Shown one piece after another: positions 15,170 to 27,400 of a DNA stretch of 64,000 nt (the stretch's first letter is position 1; every line of letters begins with the position of its first letter). Location: contig CDLV01000009.1 of assembly GCA_001244265.2 (NCBI GenBank), positions 62,001-126,000 on the forward strand, given 5' to 3'. The notes beneath the pieces were generated by a model, which searched no databases, was not told the DNA's origin, and worked only from the letters and a program-made list of their open reading frames with translations. The translations under genes were made by a program, and so were the position numbers. This DNA comes from Microbotryum violaceum (lineage: Eukaryota).

Positions 15170-16470
15170 TTGCATTCCGCGAGAATGCCCGGTCGTACAA
15201 CAGCTTGAACGCGCTGTCTTCACTTCGCTCGCTGCCCACTTTGACCAGACTCGGCTAGGCACTCAAGGACCCCGCATGTTTCGGATATTTCGACGCCTTT
15301 ACCATCGCTCGGCGCACTCTCGGCGCCCTGATTCCTGCCGTCAATCAGCGCCCAACCCTTGCCAAAACATGGCTCATCTGCCCGGCCGAGGCCACCGACA
15401 CTCAACTTGGACCCGACGGCGCAGACAGTCGCATACAAAGATCCACTTTGACCAAGCTCTATTTTAAGTTGCGTACCGGCAATTGCTTCGCGAGGGAATT
15501 TGCATCGGCCAAAGTTCGCGCGGGTTAGGCCAAAGAGTGGGTCCTGCGCCTCTGCCTACCACCTGGCCGAGACCGACGCACCCACAACCTTCCTACGTCA
15601 AGCACGGAAATGGCGATGCTTATCTGCGATTCCGACACCAACACGGGAGATCGTGGACCGCAAGACCTTATTCTCCAGGTGCACGGTGATCGATGTCCCG
15701 ATGGTCGGCCCAAGTACCAAATCGTTAGCTCGCTCCATCCGTCTGCGATGCCTCTCCGGTACCCACTACTCTTCCCCGCAGAGGAAGATAGCTTCCACCT
15801 CAACATTCCTCTTTGCGCGTTCAACCAAATTGGGCCACTCTTTGCCAAAAAACCGCGACGAGGAGGAAGGGGACGCAGAGAATGGTGATGGTGAACGTAA
15901 GCCCTTTCAGCTCTTTCTCGGATGTTACATTCTGTTAGGGCGCACGCACAGACTGACATTGAACGTTTGAACACATAAGACGAAGCTCAAACAAAGGGGA
16001 TTGAGGTGGCAAGTCTCGCATTCACAATTATTTGCGTACTACTTGCACAAACGCGACGAGTACTTCTCAATCCCGCATTGCACCCAATGTGCCTTCCTGG
16101 CGTTCGTGATGACGGATACTCCCAGGTCGAGACCGATCGACTCAACTTACCTCCAGTTGGATCAAGAAAACCTCCGCCTCACCACGGGCCAAGGCATCAT
16201 CAGCTTGACCCCGGATCAAGTTGGATGTTCGGTGATTTTGGGCTCCGCGCGAGAACACACAGCGTTACCAAGATGCGATGGCGTGCGTCGTATAATATGG
16301 AAAGCCTTCGCTGTTCATCACGGTGACGTGCAACCTCGAATGGCCTAAAATCAAGGCTGCACTGGGACCGAACGACCAAACATGCAACCGACCGGAACTC
16401 ATTGCACGAGCGTATGAAGCCAAGTTTAACCGACTCTGCGAGGATGACGTTTTTGGCAACAAGCAACGGG
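15170..16470 (+). mobile_element. Degenerate Helitron Rep/helicase N-terminal fragment
   Basis: Frameshifted pieces FRENARSYNS..FTSL..GPRMFRIF..LYHR; SSLHPSAMPLRYPLLFP.EDSFH; FAYYLHKR; SQVETDRL; TCNLEWPKI..RPELIARAYEAK. These resemble the Helitron Rep N-terminal conserved blocks. Confidence 0.8.
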
Positions 16471-17677
16471 CAGGCTGTTTTTGTGAATGGAGAACTGTTT
16501 GCTTGCTGTACTTCGTAGTGTGTTTATTTAATCTCTGTTGAAATCATGTAGACTGTTCAATTCTCCTGCTATTTGAATCTCACCCTCCCGTTAATTTAAC
16601 GGGTTCCCACTGGTTTTGTCAAAGTTTTTTACCCTATTTTGGCCCCAAAATGTCAAAATTTCACATGCGCCTCGGGAATATTATCGAAATGTGTTCTAAA
16701 TGCTACAAAATTCGCTCAAAAGTCCTCGAAAACGCGTTCCGAGCGTTTGCGGGCGTGCGGCGGCCTATCGAAAGTGGCTTGCGGCGCGCGTCGCTTCGAC
16801 TGGTGTTGCGCGTGGCTCCAGGCTTCAAACAAGCCTTCCTTGCTTTGCTGGCTGGCTCGCTGCTTCGTTGTCAGACTTCCTTTTTGCTGAAGTTGAGCTC
16901 CTTGTTTCCGCGGTGGCATTTGTGCGGCTTGTAGAGGTTCTGCCGGCGGCGTCTTGCAGGCCGGGCACGCTCCGAAGGGAGGCAAATCTTTGCTCGGCAT
17001 TTGCGCTCGTGCTGATTATGCGCTCGTCGGGGTAAAGTGAGGTAAGGTCCGTGGTTGAACTATATGTGATCTTTGGCGGGCCTAATGACTCGATGACCTT
17101 TCGACCATCAATTATGCGGAACGGTATAGTGCCATCAATGAGGTGAATGGAAGAGCAAGCTTTCTTGATGAGGCGAAGCTCCTGTACGACGACATTTGAG
17201 AGTAGAACCAACGAGGCAAGCGTGTCTTGGTTGCAGTGGTATGTTGTCACTTTGCTGTAGAAGTATCGCACTGTAGCAGACACGACCTGTGTCAAGTGAG
17301 AACGTCACAGCTCAACTGCCATTCAAGGCATCGTACCAATTCCAATGGACAGCAGTTCTTCTCCATAGAGTTTGATCGCAGCTGAGTGAATGCCACGCTT
17401 CCGTAGAAGAAATCTTTCAAGTTGCAATGGCCGGAGGCAGGTCTGTCACGTGGCTCCCACATCGAGGTCGAAATATTCGTTGGTTTAGCAGCTGCAATCA
17501 AATACCGAATTCGTGACCCCATGCATCGCTATGCTTCGTGTCGCAATTTTCGGAAGACTTCCCTTGGAGATGCTGGCTACACTACTGGCTTAAATGCAGC
17601 TTCTCCGACCTGTCCAGAAATTTCTGGGCCTTGATACGATTAGACTATTACTATTAGACTAGGTTCGGCCGCGCGGC

Positions 17678-18346
17678 TCAGCCTTGAAAGAATATGAGCC
17701 GTGCGCAAATACTCAGGCCGAGGACCATCATCGAAAAAGGAATTTTGCGTTGCGGAAGAGCAGCGGCAATGTATCTGTTTTGTATATTTGTAAAGGGAGG
17801 GCAATGCCGGGCGCCGGGTGAGATTAATCCGGATCCGCTGAGCACCGAAGCGAGCAACTTGAGAGCCCCGGTCCTCAGATGAAATAAAAAACGAAAGGGA
17901 CGTACGAGTCATTTGGTCCACTCACTACTGTTCCGGTGGCTCCAGGGGCGACAGCCGTGAAAGCGGTGTTGCTAAACTCTGCCGGGGTGGTAGCAATGAT
18001 CGGACGACTCAAGTTCGACGTTGTCGTCGCTACGGCGATTGGTGCCGACAGAGCGGACGCTGAAGTGCCGTTCACTAGTGTAGCTGTCGAGAGGGATGTC
18101 AAGTTGACTGTAGAAAAACCTGTGCTCGCTGCCCTTGCCAAAGTGGTTTCGGTAATGTTCCCGCTAGCCGACATCACTGTGCCATTCGTCACCGTTTGGC
18201 CCCAAGCCCCGAGCGAGAGGCTAGTACCCCACATGACGAGCACCTGCCAGTGACTCGCAGACCGGTGTCAGTGTTCCCGTACAGCCGGAATCCGAGAACG
18301 TGAGGACAGGCTCCTTACTCACTGCCAGGTATCGCATGATCAGCAT
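17678..18346 (-). CDS. Small secreted Ser/Thr-rich glycoprotein with putative GPI-anchor signal (152 aa, 3 exons)
   Basis: Exons 18346-18323, 18243-17906 and 17774-17678 with GTGAGT..CAG and GTACGT..CAG introns give an open frame. It has a signal-like MLIMRYLAVLVMWGTSLSLGAWG, a S/T-rich body with NGT/NIT/NLT/NLS sequons, and a hydrophobic C-terminus FSMMVLGLSICARLIFFQG*. Confidence 0.75.
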
Positions 18347-18473
18347 CGGTGTGAACAATCAGAGGTCAACTCGAACGTTGCGCAAGCGGCGGGCAGGGTC
18401 CACTTGTCCCGAGGGAGCCGCTGGGAGCCGTGCACGTCTGCGACTGCGGAACGGTGCGTCAACTGGCGCCGGT

Positions 18474-18533
18474 CACGTGATGCCGTCCGCTCTGCGTCAG
18501 CTGAGGCCGTCGTGTCACGTGGCCCAACACGTG
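18474..18533. promoter_or_regulatory. Cluster of three CACGTG (E-box) motifs upstream of the secreted-protein gene
   Basis: CACGTG at 18474, 18516 and 18528, 130-190 nt upstream of the ATG at 18346. Confidence 0.4.
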
Positions 18534-19798
18534 GCGCGTAGTGGGGCGCCGTCAAGGCCGTCAGGCAGCACTACACTACCAGGAAGGGATCGAATCTCTT
18601 GGAAAAATAGGGGAGAGAAGCCGCACGACAAAACAGACCAGAGATCCGATCTCCGACGTTGTGGTAATGGTTACAGCTCCGCCGTCAAGCGATCCAAATG
18701 AGGATAGCGTAGTGCTAGTGCTCCCTCTGCTTGTTTCTCCAAACATTAAATCCAGTTGCCTTCGCTCCTAAATTCAGCGACAACTCGAATGCGGCCGTCC
18801 TCAGTATGGACATTCTTCTGGATCCTCGTGTGTTGTGAGCGCTCGGTCCATCTGGTCACTCTAGTCCAGCGAAAGCTCCTTGTCGTGCCCGCCATGTCTT
18901 CGCAGCGAGATGGTCCCATGGACTGTACCAACCCTTTCAAGACGCATGGATGTGCTGTACTGCGTCCTTCCTCTGTATTGCTAACCCCTACACCTGCCTC
19001 TCCGCGAGTTGGGTCGCTCGATTCCATCGGCCTCCCTTGAGTAGAATAGCTTGAGGTGGCTACACTTATGAGCAGCTTGATGGGCAATCAGGTTGGCCAG
19101 TTCAGCGAGAAATTGGTATCGCGAGCATCGACAACTTGAGGCGGAAGTTTCAAGTGTGTGGGCTGTGTAGGACCAAACACGCGTGAGCTTAGACCGAAAT
19201 TTCGATAGTTGAGCTTGGTAGACGATTGCTCGTGAGAAAGTGTTTGCCTTCTCAACGGCCTCGACTAGATGATAAGGTCGAGTACTGCCTGGGTGTGTGC
19301 TCGTCCTTGGACAACTCGATGTGAAGAGACGCGTCGGCGAGAGCGACATCGAAGGCGAGGAGCTCGGCGATCATCATGTTCATGTTGGTAAACGGCGATA
19401 ATCAATCGAAGGCATCGTTCATATAGTAGGCCTACATGGGATGATGTTGTCGTGCTATGCTCCAATCTCGGACCGAAGTGAAGCGGAACGGAACCTGCGC
19501 CCCTTCAATATCTAATCGGCCTAATCCTCACAGCCACTTAACTCAAGTGATTACCGAAGATGGCTAGTACTAAGTGACTTGTTCAAGCGCAAGCATCTTG
19601 TAAAGCGTCTCAAAGCGAAGGCAAACGGGCCCAAAGTCATGCCGTAGGCTGCTCAGGGTAGGCCAAAATTGGGCCGACTCACGGGAAAATGTCAAAATCT
19701 GCAAATGCGCCTCGGGGGCGAAACGTGTGTTTCGTCCCAAAATGGCAATTTTTTGCAATGCGCCTCGATGATTTTCAGGATTTGGGTCCTCAAAATGT

Positions 19799-19799
<1 letters not shown>

Positions 19800-19830
<31 letters not shown>
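19800..19830 (+). repeat. Poly(A) tract (31 nt) in the right subterminal region of the composite element
   Basis: The run of A expands the AAAA spacer of the repeated motif AAAATGTCAAAA..GCGCCTC, also seen at ~19686-19713, ~19739-19765 (variant) and ~16647-16673. Confidence 0.9.
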
Positions 19831-19831
<1 letters not shown>

Positions 19832-20014
19832 CGCCTCCGGCTGGGCTTTCGGGGTCCTGGGTCCTATGAGAACCCTTGACGTCCGCTTGAGCTCGAATCC
19901 CAAGTCAAGTCTGAGCTTCTCCTTGTCCCTTGAGCTCGTCACTCGGGAACCGCCAGGGGCCTCTCACTCGCCCCGAAACCCCTGGGCTACACGCACGATG
20001 TACGACTGAAAGCG

Positions 20015-22330
20015 ATGCCAGACACCTTCACGGTCATGGTTTAATCCCCCTCCGCCGGGCAACACGCCGGATCACTCAACCGCTGGGCGCAGTGCGGCCC
20101 ATGTTGGGACTGCCTTCGAGTGCGTTGCACGGCTGGGAGGATTATGATGGGACGACCCTCGCTCTCCAGCTGATCGGGTCGTGGACGCGTTTTCCGGTCT
20201 GCTGCGGCAGCACCGCTCACTGCTCGAGCTGTTCGAGGCCAAGATGGCGGCCCTCGGCGCCATGCGCGTTGTCCCCCGGGCTCGGACGACAGAAAACGAC
20301 GTCGGTTTTGCGTTCGCGGCCTTTCTCGCCGCCGGCCTCGAAGGTGCAACAGCAGACTTGCTCGACCATTACGCGTCAATCACCGAAGGTGACGCTACGG
20401 CTGCATCGCGCCCGTACATGGTGCAGCTGGCCAACGTGCCCGACCAAGCATATCAAACGCCAGCCAATGCTCTCGTTCTGATCAAACGCGGAGCCGACGT
20501 CGATTCACAGAACGTCGTCGCGTCGATCGCATTCGAGTACAAACGGGAGACCGTGCACCACACGGTGGCCACAGTGGCCCGAACGGACCCTCCCCCGGAG
20601 ATCCGGGAACTCGATTACCCGTTGCCGGTCGGGCTCCAGAACCTCGAGACGGAGAGGTCGGAAGGTGCAGACAGCGTCGCCACCAAGGTAGGCGATGGGC
20701 TCGCGTGCATTCGTTTTCTTGAAGATCTGGTCTTATTCTGTTCTCGTGTATTTTTTTCAGGCGATAATACATTGCGTTCATCACGACTGTCGCTTTTTCG
20801 TCTTGCTGTCGACGGGGTTCTTCCAGATCGGTGAAGTGGGTGAGCCTCCGTCTTCATTCGGCCGCTGGGTGTGACCAACACGCACCGCACAGTAACGACT
20901 GACGCATACAGTTGCATGGTGCTGGTGTTTCTACTCGCAGTCAAACACCTACCATCGGGTGCTGCAACGGCGAGTGATGCCTCGGTATCGACCGCGGCAG
21001 CGTCGAGCTCGACTGCGGCGGCGTCAAGCTCGACCTTGTACACGCAAACACCAACATCCCCACCCTCCCTCGGTACCATCACGACCGAAGCAATCGTCGA
21101 ACCGGCCGTTCGACCAAGCTATAGCCTCCTCGTTCAGGAGCTAGCCCGCGCGGTCGAACCTCATCCAGGCGCCGTGGACAGGGCCGCCGAGGTCCGCGGC
21201 CTCGACCTCCCAAAGCGATCGTTCTTTGTCTCTTTCATCACGCTAGCATTCGCAGCTGTGAAAGATGTCCCTGAACCGGAACATGCGACCGTCCAACAAT
21301 TGCTCGGTGCCAAACTGGTACCTTCGAATTGGTGCCGACCTCCCCTCGGATCGGACTCAGATTGTGAGGATGAGCCGGACCGGAAAGCCCGAAAAACGTC
21401 GGCCAATGATATCATCGCTCGTCGTTCTTCGAGACGACTGGTAGGTCTTGCGTCGACGGAATCGAGTCTTTCGACTTTGTCTCCTTCAGGCTTGCGCCCC
21501 CGATCGAAAGCAATCACCGTGGTTCAAGATCGCGACTTTCTGATTCGGGCGAGGTTGACGAATGCGCACTGGTCTACGATGGTCCGTCAAGCATTGCGAT
21601 TTGCTCCTCCTCCCCGTGGTAGCCCTGTCCCAGCCCACTGAACGTGGCTTTGTAATTTTTCCTTGTTTACAGTCGTACATGGGGACGAGTCGGGTAGATC
21701 TGGTCGAGATCGAATTCGACATCGTCTCCTCGCCTTCATACTCGCCTGTCCCGTCCCGTCTGTCGTCGAGCCCGTCCCCAGCTCGCGACTTTATCCAAGG
21801 TCTTCCTTTGTCCGATGCTGTACTGCAGTGGCTGTCGAAAGATCCGAGGGAAGAGCTCACGGAAGAGCTCACGGACGCTCGGTTGCCGCTTTCATCACCG
21901 GATCCGTTCGAGGCCCATGTAGAACTTCGTCTCGAGGTGCTGGTCGGGACAGGACGTACAGCCGGCGATTGGCTAGCAAAACCGATGCGAATCAACGGTC
22001 ATGAGTTTTGCCGACTTTTACGCTGGTGGACAATGGTCGTGAGTTTATTTTGTGGTGGGGAGAGGTGACTCGGAGAGGCGGATCTCGAGTTTCTGACGCC
22101 TTCAAGTTGACGCGGGTCCAATGGACTTGAATTTAGCGAGAACGCTGATCGGTCTACTCTTCCTTCTTTTCACTCTTACTTGGAGGTACAGCGAGATTGA
22201 GGAGGCCTTTGACCGAATCGGAATCGTTCATAACGACGTCAGCGACGGCAACGTTCTACGTCGACCCGACGATCGGCGCTTTTGCTTCGTTGATTGGGGA
22301 CACTCGTATCTAAGGCATCGCAAAGTCTGA
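20015..22330 (+). pseudogene. Disrupted kinase-like gene with possible N-terminal PD-(D/E)xK-like region
   Basis: C-terminal GIVHNDVSDGNVLRRPDDRRFCFVDWG is a kinase catalytic loop plus DFG-equivalent. Upstream are VGTGRTA and IAFEYK. Introns lie near 20688 and 21582-21672. There are in-frame stops and a frameshift at the 5' end, and the kinase core appears partly deleted. Confidence 0.55.
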
Positions 22331-22989
22331 ACTGTTCACTCTCCGTACTTTCTCGTGTTGTTTTATGGCTCATTTCATCGTTGTTACTTGCAATGCCAAT
22401 TTATGATGCAATGTCAGTCTATGATCCAGAATCCAGATTGGGTTGGGGGGGACGGAGACGTTTTGACCGTGATACCATATGAAACTGTATGCGCACTACT
22501 TGGAGTATTTAGCGTACCTGATAATATGTGAAGTGTCCCCTGGAAAAACTAGATAAATCACATCAATAATTTCACCTCGTCCTATTCAACTCTACCACTC
22601 TGGCCCGAGCGGTCCGATTGGCCAATTATCCAACAGGTCTTCAAGTTGTCTGCCCGAGACGAAGTGCGCGGTGGCAGCGCGAACTCACGGCCCTCTTTGG
22701 GCATCTCCCCCTCCCCCCACACCTACTCACACTGAATCATTCACACACCTTTTGCGACTCATCTCGAGCTTGTACCATTTCTAGTACCCGCCCCGACACC
22801 GCACTGCCAAGCTCTGTCCCGTGTCCACGTCGGGCGCGTTTCCCTCCCCTTCCCAGCTAAGCCCCGCCCCCACCACCTCCCACCACCGCCCGCACCCCAC
22901 CTTGAGGCCACGCACGCACGCACGTACGCACGCACGTCACTGCACACCACCGCGCACCACCGCCACCGACCGCCACCTCCGCGCACGAT

Positions 22990-24107
22990 ATGGCCTCCCT
23001 CAACTGGGTCATGTTGTCCCCCACTCGTTCTCCGATCCCGCTGCCCTCCGAGAAAGTGCTACACACCGTCCCCTCCGTCTCCATCTCGCTTTTCCCCTGC
23101 CCACCCGGCTCCGCACCCAATGCGAACCCTACACCACCTTCAAGCGAATCCAAATCCGATAAGGGCAACTTGTACGCTACGAACAAGAGGGTCGTTTACG
23201 TTTCTACTGTAGCTCAGGAAGGAAAGGGGAGGGTGGATTCGTTTTCGGTTCCTTGGCAGGGTTTTGTCGATGGACGGTCAGTCAGGATGGGATCGGACCC
23301 CCCACTTTTAGCCGTGATCAAGTAGAACTGACTCGTTATCTATCCCCCCCCCCTCCCCATGCTTTGTCTTGTGGATGACTGTATAGGTTCGTACAACCCT
23401 GGTTCGGAGCCAATTACTACGAAGCACTATGTCTTCCCGACCCACGCTCAACAGACTCGGGCATATCCGTACCTCCTCCCAGCCATCTGAACCTTCAACA
23501 TAACTCATCAAGCTAATCAAAGCCCTTTCTCTCTCGCATAACACAGACCCCGCACCTCTCTCGCTTTTACTTTAACGAAGCAGGAGGTTATCAATTCTAC
23601 GAAATCTGTGAAGAGATGAAAGCGCGCATTGGCAATTCGAGCGAACGTGGTAGAGGCACACCCGTTGAGGCCTTGCGTGAGTGATGCATCAACCAACAGG
23701 TTAACGCTAAAGTTATCCAAGCTGGAAACGAAGATTGTACTGATATGTCACTTTGAAAACCATAAACAGCTCTCTACGAACCTCCTTCCTCAACCACCAG
23801 CAACACCACCGGATCCGGACCTGGACCTTCCCCCTTGTCCCAACTCCACATCGATCCAACCACCACATCCACATCCACCTCCCAAATTGACCTAGCTTCT
23901 CCCCAAGAACCTTCCGCCACCGACCTGGCAGTAGCTCAAGTCGCTCAACAAGCTCAATTAGATGAAGCGCAAGAGGCGGAAAAGGATTTAGATCGAGCGA
24001 CCGCGCCGGGGGGTTCGAATCTTTCGAGTGGGAGTGGGATAGGCGCGTTGGGCGTTCCGCAACGAGATGGTGGGGAGGAGGATGGTCCGCCGGGGTATGA
24101 GGCTTGA
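22990..24107 (+). CDS. WW-domain-binding protein 2 (WBP2/GRAM-like) family protein, multi-exon
   Basis: LNWVML..P.PLPSEK, GNLYATNKRVVY, DSFSVP..GRFVQPWFGANYYE, FYFNEAGGYQF, LYEPLP and terminal PPGYEA*. Confidence 0.75.
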
Positions 24108-24471
24108 TGAGGACTATGGATTGGGTCTTGGGGTTCCCCACTGTGAGGTCGCGTGAAGGTGGATAGAGATTGGGGACGGGAGGAGGGTCAGGATCCGGTT
24201 CGAGGTGGGCAGGTTTTTCAGCACGCGATGTTTTATTTCTTTCGTTTTCCCCCCAGCGTCTGTGTACTCATCAGTTTCAACTAGAGGTTTATCCGTATTA
24301 AAGATTCGAATACACCTTAGCGCACCTCGCTCGGGGAGAAATATACTATACCACGCTGCACCGAAGTTCGATCTCTTAAGCTACACGCTCCACCTCACAC
24401 GAACAAATACAACAACTGCACACCCAACGCTACAAAAACCCATTTGCCTCCACTCCCCCTCCCTACACCTC

Positions 24472-27400
24472 TCAAACCATCTCCCCCGCATCAAAGCTCG
24501 ACCTCCCCGAAGGCGTATCATGATGCCCTCTCAACCACCTCCTCTCCTCCTCATCCCCCTCGTGTTGACGTGGTTTATAGTTGAGCGAATCAAGACCGTA
24601 CATGAGGTAATGTTCACCTACCAAAGCTTTGGTGATGAACATGAGACGATCGAGACGCTGAAGAATGACGAAGAAAAATTGCCCAGTGTTCCATCAGTAA
24701 TTTGCTCCAAATCTTTCCCCCCGAGTCCCGCCCGCAACGAATACGTTCAAAACCCCAAGACTCACATTAACAATCGCATACACCTGAGAGATTCCACAAG
24801 AAAACCTTAAATACTCGATCGAGCAAATCGTTTCCAACGTCACATGCGAAGGGATTCCTTCGACCTCATCCTCCTCATTGAGTGCGATATCGAACCCATA
24901 TTGACGATGCGCTTCCCTCGTTTCGGGCGATTTGAGGAACCTCTCCAATAATGGGTTGTAAATCATAGGTAATTGCGTCCCGTCCATTAAAGCCGAAGAA
25001 ATGAGTTGAAAGGTAGTCAACATGTCACCTAGAAACTGGGGGTTAGAGAGTTGAGAACGGTGTAACATCGCTTTAGTCCATTTCTTATCGAGCGAGGCGA
25101 GGACGGAAAGTAATTGACCGAACGAATCGAGCATCTCCATTTGAAGTGATTGAAGAGAAGCGTAATGTTGTTCGGGCCATTTACCCGCCCAAGACCATTC
25201 GAATCGAACCATCATTTTCGAAGCTGTCGTTTTGCTAACTTTGGTACGCAACGCAGCCAAGTTCTGAAGGATGATAGTCGGACGAGCTCCCGAACCGTCT
25301 TCTTTACATGCTGCGAACGAGACGATTTGACAAAACACTCCTCCCATCGAATTGATAACGCTGGCGTACGTTTTACGAATCGCTTTCTTCTGCGTCACTT
25401 TAGGAGGGATGAAAGCGACCAAGAAAGCGATGACGACTCCTAATGCGACGCACACCATTCGACGCCAAGTGACCGGCCAACCGCTTCCTACCGATGACCC
25501 GGAAGGGTGGTGCGCTCCTTGCCACGAGTAGCCAAATACGAGCATCGTCGTTACGGTCGGGATGATGGCCGTTGGTACGGGGGTGTAGTACAAGCGGAAG
25601 AAGAAGATCAAAGGCATCGCGACGGCCATGACCGCACCGGCGGCGAAAGGATTACCCCCAGCTGTCTGCGCCGCGATGGACCAGAGCAACAAGCCAAAGA
25701 TGGCACCGGCAACGGTGCCGACGAGTCGAATGATGAAACCGAATGTCGTATCACCGATGTAGAGCGTCGAGGTGAGAGCGATCATGACCAATGGCCAAAT
25801 TCCTCGCTCGCGGTAGAAAAAGTAACACGACGTGCGAAAGAAAGCCGGCATGGCGCACACCCCAATTACAATCGCAAGTTTGACGGCGAAGAGGAACTCC
25901 TTGCGAACGAAAAATTGGAGAAAGTGGTTGAGCTTGACGCCGAAGAGGGCCAGCGCCGTACGCGGAGGACGATGGTCGGGATCACGAGGAGCGCGGAACA
26001 CGGATCGATTGATGACTTCGACCGAGTCTGGTGATTCCTCTTCGAAAGTTGCTTCGGGATGACTCGTCGCGAAATGGAACTTGGCCCACTCGGGGGTCCA
26101 CAAACGAACGGTCTGACGCTTCTTGCCGATCGTATGACATTCCTTACTGAGGTCAAGCAAAGCCTCACCCCACGAGATGAGCGAGAACTGGTACGACAGG
26201 GCCCAGAACAAACCTCGATGGCTCGGCGCTTGAAAGGTATCGTCCGCGATCGTCCCATCCGGACCGAGATGCGAGATGGGGTCGAACAAGCCCGCAAAGG
26301 GTCGAATGACGTCGAGCCTCCGCACATCTCGATGATGGCTGTGCGCCATTTCGACGCGTTCAATGCACGCGCCTAATTCTTCCATCAATTGCTCCTGCGT
26401 CTTTTGATCGGTTTTTCTCATCCCGAGGTCCTTGAGAAGTCGCCAAACGATATGGCTCGACAACTTGAAAGCGTGAATCATCTCAATCAAGACGCTGACC
26501 AAGTCCTTTAAAGCATCGAGCAAATCGATCGAAGCCACGGCCAACAACTCCATGATCTCGCGTAGGTGTTCCTCATCTCGCGGGTTGTGTAGGTAATCCT
26601 CCAAATCCATGTACCTCTGCGATTCAAACATGCCGACAGGTCGTGGTATCTCGACGTTGGGGTGCAAGATCTCGTGCAATAACGACGCCGAGCTCTTGTT
26701 CTTGTGGTGTTGCGCGTGGAGTCGGGTTCTTGACTTGGACCGTCGCTTACTACTCGACGGGCGAGAGTGAATCTGATGATTGTCGACGATCCCTTCGTGC
26801 AAGTCCCCGATGGAAGCGGAAGACGAGTTGCGACTCGAGGTCGTGAACCCGGGGTGCGAATGGGAGCGATACGCCGATGCGCGCCGAGAGTGTGTCTCGT
26901 TCGTGGCTTTGGCAAGTGCACGCGAGAGCTGATCTGGATCGTCCGAGGTCTCGATTTCATGTTGTTGGTTCTGCTCTTGCGGTTTCCCAGGCTTGGGTGA
27001 GGGCGGTCGAGAAGATGAGGGAGTGGCGGGCCGAGAATGTCCCAGATGAATGACGAGTTCGTCTGCGATCGCTCCACCTTTCGCTTGCGACAAATCACGA
27101 TGGAGGTGCTTCTCCACAATCTCGTAAAATGAGATGAAACCGGCTGCAAGGTCGACGGAGCACTGTCAGCCCGTCCTTGGTGAAGAAGCTGAAATCGATC
27201 CTCGTCGACTTACTCGACCTCGCAACCAGTGTTCGCACCCCCTTCAACAACTTGATCAGATCCTTCCCACTGACTCTCCCATACGAGACCTCCCTCGTCA
27301 AATTCGCCTCACTCGCACCGAGCAACGCCAAAGCCTCCATCGCCCCCTGCACGCCCAATTTGATCGTTTTGAACTTGAGCCAATCGAGGGATCTCGGGTC

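Larger units (their letters stand above)
13527..19878. mobile_element. Composite non-autonomous hAT-like TIR element carrying cargo
   Basis: Left end CAAGGGTTCTCATA (13527-13540) and right end TATGAGAACCCTTG (19865-19878) form a perfect 14-bp inverted pair. Flanks ACGTCCGT (13519-13526) and ACGTCCGC (19879-19886) form an 8-bp TSD with one mismatch. No transposase seen. Confidence 0.75.

Noticed and set aside
16825-17522. Minus-strand ORFs inside the composite element
   Set aside because: No recognisable domain or reliable start and splice model; left as unidentified cargo.
18746-19465. Further ORF fragments in the composite element as a possible transposase
   Set aside because: No hAT DDE, BED finger or dimerisation motif recognised, and multiple stops.
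19800-19830. Poly(A) as the tail of a retroposed element
   Set aside because: It sits within a repeated subterminal motif and lacks a flanking TSD, so it is better explained by slippage.
22880-22985. GCAC/CAC-rich low-complexity tract
   Set aside because: Ordinary simple-sequence 5' leader of the WBP2-like gene.
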